Part shown: in pieces, positions 12,739 through 21,724 of the stretch
Numbering within the stretch: position 1 is the stretch's first letter
How the letters are laid out: each line of letters opens with the position of its first letter
DNA from: Candidatus Levyibacteriota bacterium
Lineage (GTDB): Bacteria; Patescibacteriota; Microgenomatia; Levybacterales; UBA12049
Assembly (NCBI GenBank): GCA_027459725.1
Contig: DAIDHK010000005.1
Location: 17,612 to 81,611 of the forward strand
Length of the DNA stretch: 64,000 bases
Reading direction: 5' to 3'
Notes under the pieces: generated by a model
What the model was told of the DNA's origin: nothing
The model's database searches: none
The model's input: only the letters and a program-made list of their open reading frames with translations
Made by a program: the position numbers and the translations under genes

Positions 12739-14679
12739 ATGCAGCTTACCCGTTCTGATAAGAATCCTATTCTACTACCATCGCGTCAAAACGAATGGGA
12801 ATCTACAGCCGCTTTTAATGGCTGTGTAGTAAAAACAGCTGATATATTCCATATGTTATACCGCGCTTTATCTGCCAATCAAGTAGTCAATAAAAATAAA
12901 CTGCAAATATCTTCGATTGGTTACAGCAAAAGCACAGATGGAGAAACTTTTTCAAAACACCAACAACTTTTTATCCCCCAAGAAGACTGGGAAATATATG
13001 GTTGTGAAGATCCCAGAATTACCTTTCTGGATAATAAATATTACATTTTCTATACTGCTCTCTCTCAATTTCCGTTTAATGCCAATGGTATTAAGGTGGG
13101 GTTGGCCATCAGTAACGATTTGCAAACAATCAATGAAAAACATCTCATCACACCTTTTAATGCAAAAGCGATGTCGCTTTTTCCGGAAAAGATAGACGGC
13201 AAATACGCTGCCATACTCACTGCCAACACTGACCAGCCTCCGGCAAAAATAAGTCTCGCACTTTTTGATAAAGAAGAAGAAATCTGGTCAAATGACTATT
13301 GGCAACGCTGGTACAGATATTTGGATGATCATGCAATCCCATTGCAGCGAGACTCTAAAGATCAGGTAGAGATCGGTGCACCTCCGATTAAAACCGATTT
13401 TGGCTGGCTATTAATTTATGCTTATATCAAAGACTATTTTTCAGATCATAAGATTTTTACAATTGAAGCAGCGCTACTTGATTTACATGATCCCAGAATA
13501 ATAACAAACAGAATCACAACACCCTTACTCCAACCAGAAACAAACTATGAACGTTTTGGTTATGTACCCAATATTGTTTTTCCTTCTGGTGCTCAAATTC
13601 ATAATGATGAACTTTTAGTCTATTACGGTGCAGCCGACACCTATACCTGTCTTGCCAAATGTTCATTGTCTGAACTCTTAAACGAATTAAGTGCACCACA
13701 AAACCGCCTGGACCATAATGGAGAAACTGTAGATATTTCAGTACGTTTGCAGCGTTATTTTGAAAATCCTATTCTTGCTCCAATAAATCAACATGAATGG
13801 GAGAATAAAGCCGTCTTTAATCCTGCAGCCATCAAAATCAACGATAAGATTCATCTCCTATACAGAGCTTTATCAAACAACAATGTTTCCAGCATCGGAT
13901 ATGCCCAAACTACTGATGGATTTCATATTGATCAAAGACTCGATAAGCCGGTATATGTACCAAGAGAAATTTTTGAGACAAACGGTTCAGGCAATAATTA
14001 TGGCTGTGAGGATCCACGTTTAACTTTAATAGACGACAGAATTTATATGTGTTACACCGCATATGACGGACATGATGCACCCAGAGTAGCTCTAAGTTCA
14101 ATCAGCCAGGAAGACTTCTTGTTGCAGCGCTGGCACTGGTCGATTCCTAAATTAATTTCTCCACCCGGTATCGATGATAAAGACGCTTGTATCTTATCTA
14201 AAACAATAAATGGAAAATATATGATTTTTCACCGTCTGCAAACTTTTATTTGGGTAGATTTTGTCGATGATCTGCACTTTTATGAGGGTAATTATCTGGG
14301 TGGTTCAATCCTATTGAAATCCCGCCATGACCACTGGGATAGTCATAAAGTAGGTATTGCTGCACCTCCTATTGAAACTACTGAGGGATGGTTACTCTTG
14401 TATCATGGAATCGGTGAAGATAATCATTATAGATTTGGTGCAGTTTTGCTGGATCTTGATAATCCAAAACAGATCTTAGGTCGCACTACTTACCCATTAT
14501 TGGAACCGGAATTACATAATGAAAAAGATGGACAAGTACCAAATGTAGTATTCCCATGTGGGGCAATAGTAAAAGATGATACACTTTTTGTTTATTATGG
14601 CGGAGCTGACAGCGTGACTGATGTAGCAACTGTTAAGATGGATAGAGTTTTAGGACTTCTAAAAAAATCACATCTTTAA
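12739..14679 (+). CDS. Tandem double-module GH130-like glycoside phosphorylase
   Basis: Two complete GH130-like modules. Module 1: NPILLPSRQNEWESTAAFNGCVVKTADIFHMLYRA, GCEDPRITFLDNKYYIFYTA, GAPPIKTDFGWLLIYAY. Module 2: NPILAPINQHEWENKAVFNPAAIKINDKIHLLYRA, GCEDPRLTLIDDRIYMCYTAYDG, AAPPIETTEGWLLLYHG. Confidence 0.85.
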   Translation: MQLTRSDKNPILLPSRQNEWESTAAFNGCVVKTADIFHMLYRALSANQVVNKNKLQISSIGYSKSTDGETFSKHQQLFIPQEDWEIYGCEDPRITFLDNKYYIFYTALSQFPFNANGIKVGLAISNDLQTINEKHLITPFNAKAMSLFPEKIDGKYAAILTANTDQPPAKISLALFDKEEEIWSNDYWQRWYRYLDDHAIPLQRDSKDQVEIGAPPIKTDFGWLLIYAYIKDYFSDHKIFTIEAALLDLHDPRIITNRITTPLLQPETNYERFGYVPNIVFPSGAQIHNDELLVYYGAADTYTCLAKCSLSELLNELSAPQNRLDHNGETVDISVRLQRYFENPILAPINQHEWENKAVFNPAAIKINDKIHLLYRALSNNNVSSIGYAQTTDGFHIDQRLDKPVYVPREIFETNGSGNNYGCEDPRLTLIDDRIYMCYTAYDGHDAPRVALSSISQEDFLLQRWHWSIPKLISPPGIDDKDACILSKTINGKYMIFHRLQTFIWVDFVDDLHFYEGNYLGGSILLKSRHDHWDSHKVGIAAPPIETTEGWLLLYHGIGEDNHYRFGAVLLDLDNPKQILGRTTYPLLEPELHNEKDGQVPNVVFPCGAIVKDDTLFVYYGGADSVTDVATVKMDRVLGLLKKSHL

Positions 14680-14732
14680 TGTTAAAAACAAATACAATAA
14701 ATATACTAATAATTTAAAAGCCTTAAAATTAT

Positions 14733-15302
14733 TTAAACAAATAATTTTTCTATCGTTAATATGGCTTTTTTTGTATTTTCATCTTTTACTAATTGTCTGG
14801 CAGTTATGACATCAGCCCATTGTGTTTCATAAAATTCCTCAGCTAATTTTTTTCTATCAGGCTTAAAGTCTTTTTTTACCAAGGGTACAAAATACCAAAT
14901 ATCATAATGCCTCTCACACTTAATTTTTTCCGGATTAATAGTACGTGTAACTGAAAAAAATTTCGGATCACCTATACTCTCATAATTTACATTAACTCCC
15001 CATTCTTCCCCAATTTCCCGGTATAACGTATCTTGCGGACTTTCTCCAATGTCAATGTGTCCACCGTTAAATAACCATAAATCGGATTTTTTATGACGAC
15101 CCAGAAAAACAAGTTTTTGTTGGGCATCATAAGCAGCAAAATATATACAAAAATGATCATATGGATTTTCGTCTCTGGTTATACTGCCTTGTTCTAATCT
15201 CCTGTTAAAACGGGAAACTATTTTCTGACATGGGTATTTATCAACAATCTTTTTAATATCCGATACTAAACTGCTATCTCTTTTAATAGTACTATTTGAC
15301 AT
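14733..15302 (-). CDS. NUDIX hydrolase
   Basis: Canonical Nudix box GHIDIGESPQDTLYREIGEEWGV (Gx5Ex7REUxEExGU). Confidence 0.8.
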   Translation of the reverse strand: MSNSTIKRDSSLVSDIKKIVDKYPCQKIVSRFNRRLEQGSITRDENPYDHFCIYFAAYDAQQKLVFLGRHKKSDLWLFNGGHIDIGESPQDTLYREIGEEWGVNVNYESIGDPKFFSVTRTINPEKIKCERHYDIWYFVPLVKKDFKPDRKKLAEEFYETQWADVITARQLVKDENTKKAILTIEKLFV

Positions 15303-15304
15303 AA

Positions 15305-15682
15305 TTAGTGCGAAGAGTGAAACAAATGCAAAATATGAGGTGTAAAAATTAGTATACCCACTATCACTGAACCCACAGCTGTTAATAAAACCATACCGGA
15401 GGAAACATCTTTGGCAATTCTGGCCTCTTCATGATGTTCTTTGGTAATCAAATCAACTATCTTTTCCATAGTTGAATTAATCATCTCAGTAACTATTACG
15501 AGCATTATCATAACTCCCAAAATTCCCATTTCAAACGGATTTACATCCAACATTAAACTAAAAATGATAACCAGTATTGCTATGAAAAAATGAACCCGTA
15601 TATTTTGATCATGTTGAAAAACATATTTAATGCCTTCCCAGGCATACGCAAATGACTTAACAAAGCGTTTATCATCAATCAT
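15305..15682 (-). CDS. dgkA: Diacylglycerol kinase (prokaryotic DgkA family; possibly undecaprenol kinase)
   Basis: 125-aa, 3-TM protein with the DgkA core VIVTEMINSTMEKIVD (E..N[ST]A[IM]E..D pattern). Confidence 0.7.
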   Translation of the reverse strand: MIDDKRFVKSFAYAWEGIKYVFQHDQNIRVHFFIAILVIIFSLMLDVNPFEMGILGVMIMLVIVTEMINSTMEKIVDLITKEHHEEARIAKDVSSGMVLLTAVGSVIVGILIFTPHILHLFHSSH

Positions 15683-15686
15683 AGGT

Positions 15687-16280
15687 TTATCCTTTCAGTA
15701 CAAGTTCAATCATAACATAAACTATTATTGTTATGAAGAAACCGAAGATAGCTCCTGTTACTGTCTCAGAAACTGTATGCTTATGCAACTTGATACGAGA
15801 CCAGGCCACCATCGGAATAAGCAATAATACCCAGGAATACAAAATACCGTTTAAGACGACAAAGGCAAACAAAATACTAGTTACTGATGCCACATGAATA
15901 CTAGCTTTTATTCTTGTATTCAACAGATCGATTAAACCAAGTGCTAGAATGGCACCCACTGCTAAAACCAGCATAACCAAAGGACCATTAAATAGTAAGA
16001 GCGAAATAATATAGACAGCGATTGCGATGCCAACGGACAAAAAGAACAAAGGCCTTTGAGATCGAACCGAGACGTCTAAATTTGTAAATCTGCCTGTTTT
16101 AACCTGATACATGATAAAAATTCCTAATATAAAAACAACTAACCACGAGAAGAAAGTCCACCTAACTGCTTCTGTATAATTATTTTCTGCATGCATGATG
16201 ATCAGATATGGTAAGGGTAAAAATAAAACTAAAGGGTGAAAAACTACGGAGAGAATACGAGCCAAAAAAAGGATGAGCAT
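15687..16280 (-). CDS. PAP2-like polytopic membrane phosphatase (tentative)
   Basis: 6-TM protein with degenerate PAP2 motifs (VRSQRP; WSRIKLHKHTVSE similar to SRx5Hx3D). Adjacent to dgkA. Confidence 0.4.
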   Translation of the reverse strand: MLILFLARILSVVFHPLVLFLPLPYLIIMHAENNYTEAVRWTFFSWLVVFILGIFIMYQVKTGRFTNLDVSVRSQRPLFFLSVGIAIAVYIISLLLFNGPLVMLVLAVGAILALGLIDLLNTRIKASIHVASVTSILFAFVVLNGILYSWVLLLIPMVAWSRIKLHKHTVSETVTGAIFGFFITIIVYVMIELVLKG

Positions 16281-16289
16281 AGGTTAAAT

Positions 16290-17687
16290 TTACAGATATT
16301 TTTGCAATCTGGCAAGTGTTTTGTCTTTGCCCAGAATAACTAAGCTTTCGGGTAATGGTAAACCCTTGGGCTGTCCAGTAAATATTGTGTACAAAACAGG
16401 CATTTTTACCTTGTATATGTGCAGAATCTCGCGCATAGATGACATAATCTGTTCACTGCTCCATATATCTACCTCTGACAGCATTCTATACAACTCTTGT
16501 GCAATTTCTTTATACTGTATCTGTAAGTTTGGACTAAAAGTCTGAACAAAATGCCCAGATAATAAAGCAAACTCTTTAAGAGTTTCCATCCTTGACTGGG
16601 CTAAAATTACTATCTGATGAAACAACGTTGGATCAAAATTATCCTTAATACTCTTATCAAACTTTACTAATTCCCCTTCCAATTCCTCCAGGGACATTTG
16701 ACGAATATACTCACCATTCAGCCATTTCAATTTTTGCACATCAAAAATCGGTGCAACCGGTCGTATATCTTTTAAATCAAATTTGTCGATAAACTCTTGC
16801 AAAGTAAAAATCTCTTTTTCCTCCGGATGACTCCATCCCAGTAGAGCAAGATAATTTAAGATCGCCTCTGGTAGAAAACCTTCTTCACGGAACCAGTTTA
16901 CATTGGTATGTCCCTGTCTTTTAGATAGCTTTGATTTATCAGGATTACGCAAAGTAGCTGTGTGGTAAATTTCAGGTATCTCCCAACCAAAATATTTATA
17001 AAGTAATACGTGTTTAGGTAAAGATGAAATCCATTCCTCTGCTCTTAAAATATGAGAAATTTGCATCAGATGATCGTCTACTACTACTCCCAAATGATAA
17101 GTAGGATAACCATCAGATTTTAATAAAATTTGTTTACTAACTTGTTTATATTCAAAAGTAATGTCTCCGCGAATACCATCATGTACTGAGATACTTCCTT
17201 CATCCGGTACTTTCATTCGCAATACCCAATCCTGACTCTGTAGCATCTCTTCCACTGATTTGGGAGCTGGAGGAATCTGGCTATATGCTGATACTAATTG
17301 TTTACTCCCTGAATAATCTTTTTTCTTACCTGTATTATCTGTCTTAGGATAATAATCGAAAAATGCATACCCTTTCTCAAGTAACTCCTGCGCAAATTTA
17401 TGATAAATAGCCAATCTTTCAGACTGACGATAAGGCGCAAATTGTCCACCTTTTCGCGGACTCTCATCTTCCTGTAAACCAAACCAGTCCAAAGCAGAAA
17501 ATATAACCTGTTCTGCATCTTCTACTAAACGTGTTCTATCAGTATCTTCAATACGAACAATAAATTTACCATTGTTTTTATGTGTATAAGCGTAATTAAA
17601 TAAAGCCTGGTAAATAGTACCTATGTGCGGATAACCTGTTGGCGAAGGAGCTATACGCAAGCGATAATTTGTCTGTTGATTAATCAT
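16290..17687 (-). CDS. gltX: Glutamyl-tRNA synthetase
   Basis: Class I HIGH motif (APSPTGYPHIGT) and KMSKS motif (KLSKRQ); 465 aa. Confidence 0.9.
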   Translation of the reverse strand: MINQQTNYRLRIAPSPTGYPHIGTIYQALFNYAYTHKNNGKFIVRIEDTDRTRLVEDAEQVIFSALDWFGLQEDESPRKGGQFAPYRQSERLAIYHKFAQELLEKGYAFFDYYPKTDNTGKKKDYSGSKQLVSAYSQIPPAPKSVEEMLQSQDWVLRMKVPDEGSISVHDGIRGDITFEYKQVSKQILLKSDGYPTYHLGVVVDDHLMQISHILRAEEWISSLPKHVLLYKYFGWEIPEIYHTATLRNPDKSKLSKRQGHTNVNWFREEGFLPEAILNYLALLGWSHPEEKEIFTLQEFIDKFDLKDIRPVAPIFDVQKLKWLNGEYIRQMSLEELEGELVKFDKSIKDNFDPTLFHQIVILAQSRMETLKEFALLSGHFVQTFSPNLQIQYKEIAQELYRMLSEVDIWSSEQIMSSMREILHIYKVKMPVLYTIFTGQPKGLPLPESLVILGKDKTLARLQKYL

Positions 17688-17741
17688 AATTTAGCTAAAA
17701 GCTTCTGACTAAATCCATATTCATTTTTAGCAGGAGTCAAT

Positions 17742-18899
17742 TTGCATTGTACCCAAATTTTACCATATACTCAAGATATGTGGTCTCTACATGCTGTAAC
17801 CGAAAACGTACGTAGATTAGCAATAGTTGGAGTTGTAGTACTAATTGTTGTTATTTTGCTATGGTCGATTATCGCCAATATCATCTCTTATCTAAGCCGC
17901 CCCGCATATGTTCCTCCCGCCATGGGATTTGGCCAGTTACCACCCATTCCTTTTCCTCAGAACAATATTAATACTAAACTAACTTATACACTTAATACCG
18001 TTGATGGAAAAGCTGATCTCCTGGACCCATCAAGTGGACAACCTCTACCAGTTAGTGACAGAATAAATGTCTATAAAATTATTCAATCAACTCCTTCTCT
18101 TAACAGTCTACAAAACGCAGACTTGAAAGTAGCCGCCATTGGCATGGTAAATCCCGATGGTTCTGCCATCAAAGAGCAGCGTGTATCTGAAACTGAATAT
18201 AGCTGGACTGAAACCAATGGCATGAATAGGGTTATGTATATGGACATCAGCAGCTATAACTTTACACTAACGTCAAATTATCTTAATTATCCCTCAGTAC
18301 TAGCCGCCAACAATCTGCCAACTGATTCACAAGCAATTTCAACAGCTCTAAATTTTCTCAATACTCTACAACTGGATTCATCAGATTTTGACTCCAGCCT
18401 GACAACTACCACTGATTACACCATTAGTAATGGTACTCTGGTGCCTGTAACTAATGCCGGACAAAAAATCATGGCGGTAAAAGTAAACTTCTTTCAACAG
18501 GCCGTCAATAACCTGCCAATTGATTATCCAAACCCTCCTGATTCTACCCTAAGTTTTATTGTCACAGGAGGAGATTCGGCACCCCAAGTTGCACAAGCTA
18601 CATATATACATCAGGTAGTAGATACATCAGCCCAGGGTGTTTCTGATTATCCTTTAAAAACAGCTCAACAGGCTTTTGCGGATTTACAGGCAGGTAATGC
18701 ATATATCGTACCTGGTTTTGATACTAGTTCTGGACAGGCCGCGATCAGAACAATTTCACTTGGTTATTATATCGGCACTAATCCTCAACAATATCTTATG
18801 CCTATATATATTTTTCAGGGAGATAATAATTTTGTAGCTTACGTTTCAGCAGTTAGTGATAATGTCCTGGCAACTCCGACACCATCTGTGCAGCCGTAG
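17742..18899 (+). CDS. Hypothetical membrane-anchored extracytoplasmic protein
   Basis: Single N-terminal TM (LAIVGVVVLIVVILLWSIIANI) followed by an S/T/N-rich soluble domain. No motif recognised. Confidence 0.45.
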   Translation: MHCTQILPYTQDMWSLHAVTENVRRLAIVGVVVLIVVILLWSIIANIISYLSRPAYVPPAMGFGQLPPIPFPQNNINTKLTYTLNTVDGKADLLDPSSGQPLPVSDRINVYKIIQSTPSLNSLQNADLKVAAIGMVNPDGSAIKEQRVSETEYSWTETNGMNRVMYMDISSYNFTLTSNYLNYPSVLAANNLPTDSQAISTALNFLNTLQLDSSDFDSSLTTTTDYTISNGTLVPVTNAGQKIMAVKVNFFQQAVNNLPIDYPNPPDSTLSFIVTGGDSAPQVAQATYIHQVVDTSAQGVSDYPLKTAQQAFADLQAGNAYIVPGFDTSSGQAAIRTISLGYYIGTNPQQYLMPIYIFQGDNNFVAYVSAVSDNVLATPTPSVQP

Positions 18900-19896
18900 T
18901 GTATTGCACATTATTATCTATCAAATGCAACAAGGTCAGAGTATCGGCAAAACGATCCGTACTATCCATTACGATAATGATATAGACATGCGATCCGTCT
19001 TGTTTAGCCGTGATTAAGACCTGACCAGCTTCTTCGGTAGTTCCTGTTTTTATACCTACTACCCCATCTTCACCCAATAACTGGTTTAAGTTCGTAAGAG
19101 GATATCCATATACTTTATTTACCGTTGTAATGTACATGTTTTTAGTACCAAAAATTGTATGCAGCAGAGGTTGATGATAAACAATATCGGCTAAATCGGC
19201 CAAATTCCCTACAGTCGTATAGTCACCCGGATCATCTAATCCTGCAGGATCCTGGTAGGCTGTATTATTTAGATGGAATGCCTTTGCTTTGGCATTCATA
19301 GCAGCTACAAAAGCTTTCTCCCCACCCGGATAATTATCAGCAATAGCCATAGCTGCATCATTGGCAGAAGGTAGAAACATGGCATAGAGTAAATCAATGA
19401 ATCTAAACTGTTCTCCGGCAAAGAAATGCAAGCCAGAGCCTTCCACATAATTACGTTTGATAGTTAAAATATCTTCTGGTTTGTAATAATCCAATCCCAC
19501 TAAAGCTGTCATCATTTTGGTCGTTGAAGCCATCGAGGCGTGCACGTCAGGATTTTTCTCATACAGAATCTTATGCGAATCAGCATCCATAATAATCGCA
19601 TTTACAGCAGAGATGGTAGGCTTGAAATTATAAATAAGAGAAGGATAATCTGTCCATGACTGGGAAGTATTTATACTTTGCACCCTTAAAGCTTGACTTT
19701 GAGTCTGTAAATGTTGGGCACCTAAGGCAAGAATTAACAATACTCCGAGCAACAAGAAAGGAAAAAGCAATAAACGTATTTGCAGATCAAAACGTTTAAA
19801 AAAACCATTTATAGATCTAGCCGTTGTCTTCAGATGATTGTTGAGAGAGTCTTTCATCAATTCTTTCCATGTCACGCGGGAACAATACCGCTTCAC
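18853..19896 (-). CDS. dacA: D-alanyl-D-alanine carboxypeptidase (S11 serine peptidase, PBP5/6-like)
   Basis: SxxK (SMASTTKMM), SxN (SANDAA) and KTG (GIKTGTT) motifs. N-terminal TM/signal. Confidence 0.8.
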   Translation of the reverse strand: MKRYCSRVTWKELMKDSLNNHLKTTARSINGFFKRFDLQIRLLLFPFLLLGVLLILALGAQHLQTQSQALRVQSINTSQSWTDYPSLIYNFKPTISAVNAIIMDADSHKILYEKNPDVHASMASTTKMMTALVGLDYYKPEDILTIKRNYVEGSGLHFFAGEQFRFIDLLYAMFLPSANDAAMAIADNYPGGEKAFVAAMNAKAKAFHLNNTAYQDPAGLDDPGDYTTVGNLADLADIVYHQPLLHTIFGTKNMYITTVNKVYGYPLTNLNQLLGEDGVVGIKTGTTEEAGQVLITAKQDGSHVYIIIVMDSTDRFADTLTLLHLIDNNVQYTTAAQMVSELPGHYH

Positions 19897-21175
19897 GAAT
19901 GTTAGGCAATTCCAAAATCTGCATAGTTAAGCGTTCCGCACCCAAAGCAAATCCACCTTCGGGAGGAACTCCGTAACGGAATGCTTCTAAGAACATTGTA
20001 ATCTTTTTAGGATCCATTTTCCATTCTTCAACATGCGCCATCAGCTGTTGATAATCATTGATCCGACGACCTCCCGACATCCACTCCACACCCCGGCAGA
20101 GTAAATCTAAACCCTCGTTGTATTCGGGGTCTTGTGGATTAGGGTATACATAAAAAGGTTTTTTCTTAGTTGGATAACCATAAATGAATACTAAATCAGA
20201 ACCTGTTTCCTCTTTAATGATGGCACAAATATCCCTTTCGTCTTCAGGATTTAAATCTTTCTCTCCCCGGCAATCCCGCTTGGCTACCTGAAAGATTTTC
20301 TCTTGTGCTTCCCGCAAGCTTAGTGTCGGTGTCTTCTCAATAGTCTGGGGTAATGAGATATTGTACATTTTAAGTTCATCTGCGCATTTTTCTCCAACTT
20401 GCTGCAAGATATATTTAACGGTTTGCTCAGCCATATCTCGAATATCCTCCCAGGACTTAATAAATCCCATCTCGGCATCAAGCGAAACTATTTCAGTCAA
20501 ATGACGGGTAGTCACTGAAGGCTCAGCACGAAATACTTTATTTACACTAAACACTCTTTCAAATGCACTCATGACAATCTGCTTATATAGCTGAGGACTT
20601 TGAGTCAGATAAGCTTTATGATCAAAATATTTAACTTCAAAGACTTCCGCCCCTCCTTCCGCAGTTGCAGGCGCAATTGAGGGAGCCTGGAATTCCATAA
20701 AATCCTGGCTCTTCATAAACTCGCGAAATGAATCAATAATCACAGCCTGAACTTTAAAAATGGCCTGTATCTTCAGATTACGCAGTGTAAAGGCTCGATG
20801 ATCCAAAAGGGTTGGTAATTCTAAGTTAAGCGTTTCAGCATTGATATCAAACGGTAAGGGTTCTGCTTTCGCCAGAATCGTGAGTTTAGTTGCTTCCAAT
20901 TCTACCGTACCGCTGACAATTTTAGGATTTATTAATCTTTCAGGACGTTCATTAACTTTTCCTTCAATTTCTACAGCATATTCTCCTCGCAGTTGAGTCG
21001 CGCTATCATAAGCCTCTTGAGATACTTGAGGATTAAATACAACCTGTAACAAACCTGTTCTATCACGCAAATCGACAAAGATAAGCTTGCCGTGGTCACG
21101 TCTCGCGTGTATCCAGCCATTCACCACTACACTTTCGCCTATTTTTTCTACTGTCTGTTTTATTAATGTTCTCAT
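19817..21175 (-). CDS. Class IIb aminoacyl-tRNA synthetase, aspartyl/asparaginyl type (archaeal-type AspRS or AsnRS)
   Basis: N-terminal OB anticodon-binding fold (VVVNGWIHARRDHGKLIFVDLRD); motif 2 VFRAEPSVTTRHLTE; motif 3 GGFALGAERL; 452 aa. Confidence 0.8.
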   Translation of the reverse strand: MRTLIKQTVEKIGESVVVNGWIHARRDHGKLIFVDLRDRTGLLQVVFNPQVSQEAYDSATQLRGEYAVEIEGKVNERPERLINPKIVSGTVELEATKLTILAKAEPLPFDINAETLNLELPTLLDHRAFTLRNLKIQAIFKVQAVIIDSFREFMKSQDFMEFQAPSIAPATAEGGAEVFEVKYFDHKAYLTQSPQLYKQIVMSAFERVFSVNKVFRAEPSVTTRHLTEIVSLDAEMGFIKSWEDIRDMAEQTVKYILQQVGEKCADELKMYNISLPQTIEKTPTLSLREAQEKIFQVAKRDCRGEKDLNPEDERDICAIIKEETGSDLVFIYGYPTKKKPFYVYPNPQDPEYNEGLDLLCRGVEWMSGGRRINDYQQLMAHVEEWKMDPKKITMFLEAFRYGVPPEGGFALGAERLTMQILELPNIREAVLFPRDMERIDERLSQQSSEDNG

Positions 21176-21262
21176 GCTTAAAACTAAATTGAGGCTAAAA
21201 TGAGCCTAGAAAATGTCTATTTCTAGCCTCGACTTTGTGTATCATACATGGAAATCTAACTC

Positions 21263-21292
21263 TTGACAAGGGTGTTTTTCAAGGACTATACT
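21263..21292 (+). promoter_or_regulatory. Candidate sigma70-type promoter (TTGACA - 18 nt - TATACT)
   Basis: Exact -35 TTGACA at 21263-21268 and -10 TATACT at 21287-21292 in the intergenic region between two minus-strand genes and a plus-strand ORF. Confidence 0.3.
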
Positions 21293-21393
21293 CTCAGTTG
21301 GGATAATTTTATATATGAGTTGCAATTTACACATTATTATTTCTAATAATCTCCGCTTCCAAGCAAGTTAGGGGATTTGGCGCGTATAAAACC

Positions 21394-21429
21394 AAATCTC
21401 CTCTCACTTTGAGCAGGAGATTTTTTTTT
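21394..21429. terminator. Stem-loop with T-run (intrinsic terminator or attenuator-like; could act on either strand)
   Basis: AAATCTCCT-CTCACTTTGAGC-AGGAGATTT followed by TTTTTT (9-bp stem, 12-nt loop). The stem contains AGGAGA / TCTCCT (SD / anti-SD-like). It lies 12 nt upstream of the ATG at 21441. Confidence 0.4.
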
Positions 21430-21440
21430 GAAATAAAATT

Positions 21441-21722
21441 ATGGCAATTGAAATAATACAATTAAACAAAAGATTAAGAGGTACACCTGATACCTTGGTG
21501 TTAAATCCTGCGATATTACCTGATACGAAAGAAGCAGTTGCGGATATATTTAGAAGAACATATAGAGCAGCTCATGTTCCCCCAGAAGCGAGAGCCCAAT
21601 TATTGGAAAATATTGATGCTACATTTGATAATATATTTGATGATAAAGATAGTGTTCCATTAGCAAAAAATCTAGTCAGAGTAGCATCAGAATTATGGAA
21701 AACAAGAATAAATAGACAATAA
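21441..21722 (+). CDS. Hypothetical protein (93 aa)
   Basis: ORF with plausible composition but no motif. It ends 3 nt from the convergent recJ stop, leaving no room for terminators, so it is somewhat doubtful. Confidence 0.35.
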   Translation: MAIEIIQLNKRLRGTPDTLVLNPAILPDTKEAVADIFRRTYRAAHVPPEARAQLLENIDATFDNIFDDKDSVPLAKNLVRVASELWKTRINRQ

Positions 21723-21724
21723 AT

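Noticed and set aside
12917-13195. Internal same-strand alternative-frame ORF (92 aa) inside the GH130 gene
   Set aside because: It overlaps a strongly supported coding frame; no independent evidence.
21441-21722. Treating the 93-aa ORF as confidently real
   Set aside because: Its stop is 3 nt from the convergent recJ stop, and it has no SD at normal spacing. It is kept only as a low-confidence CDS.
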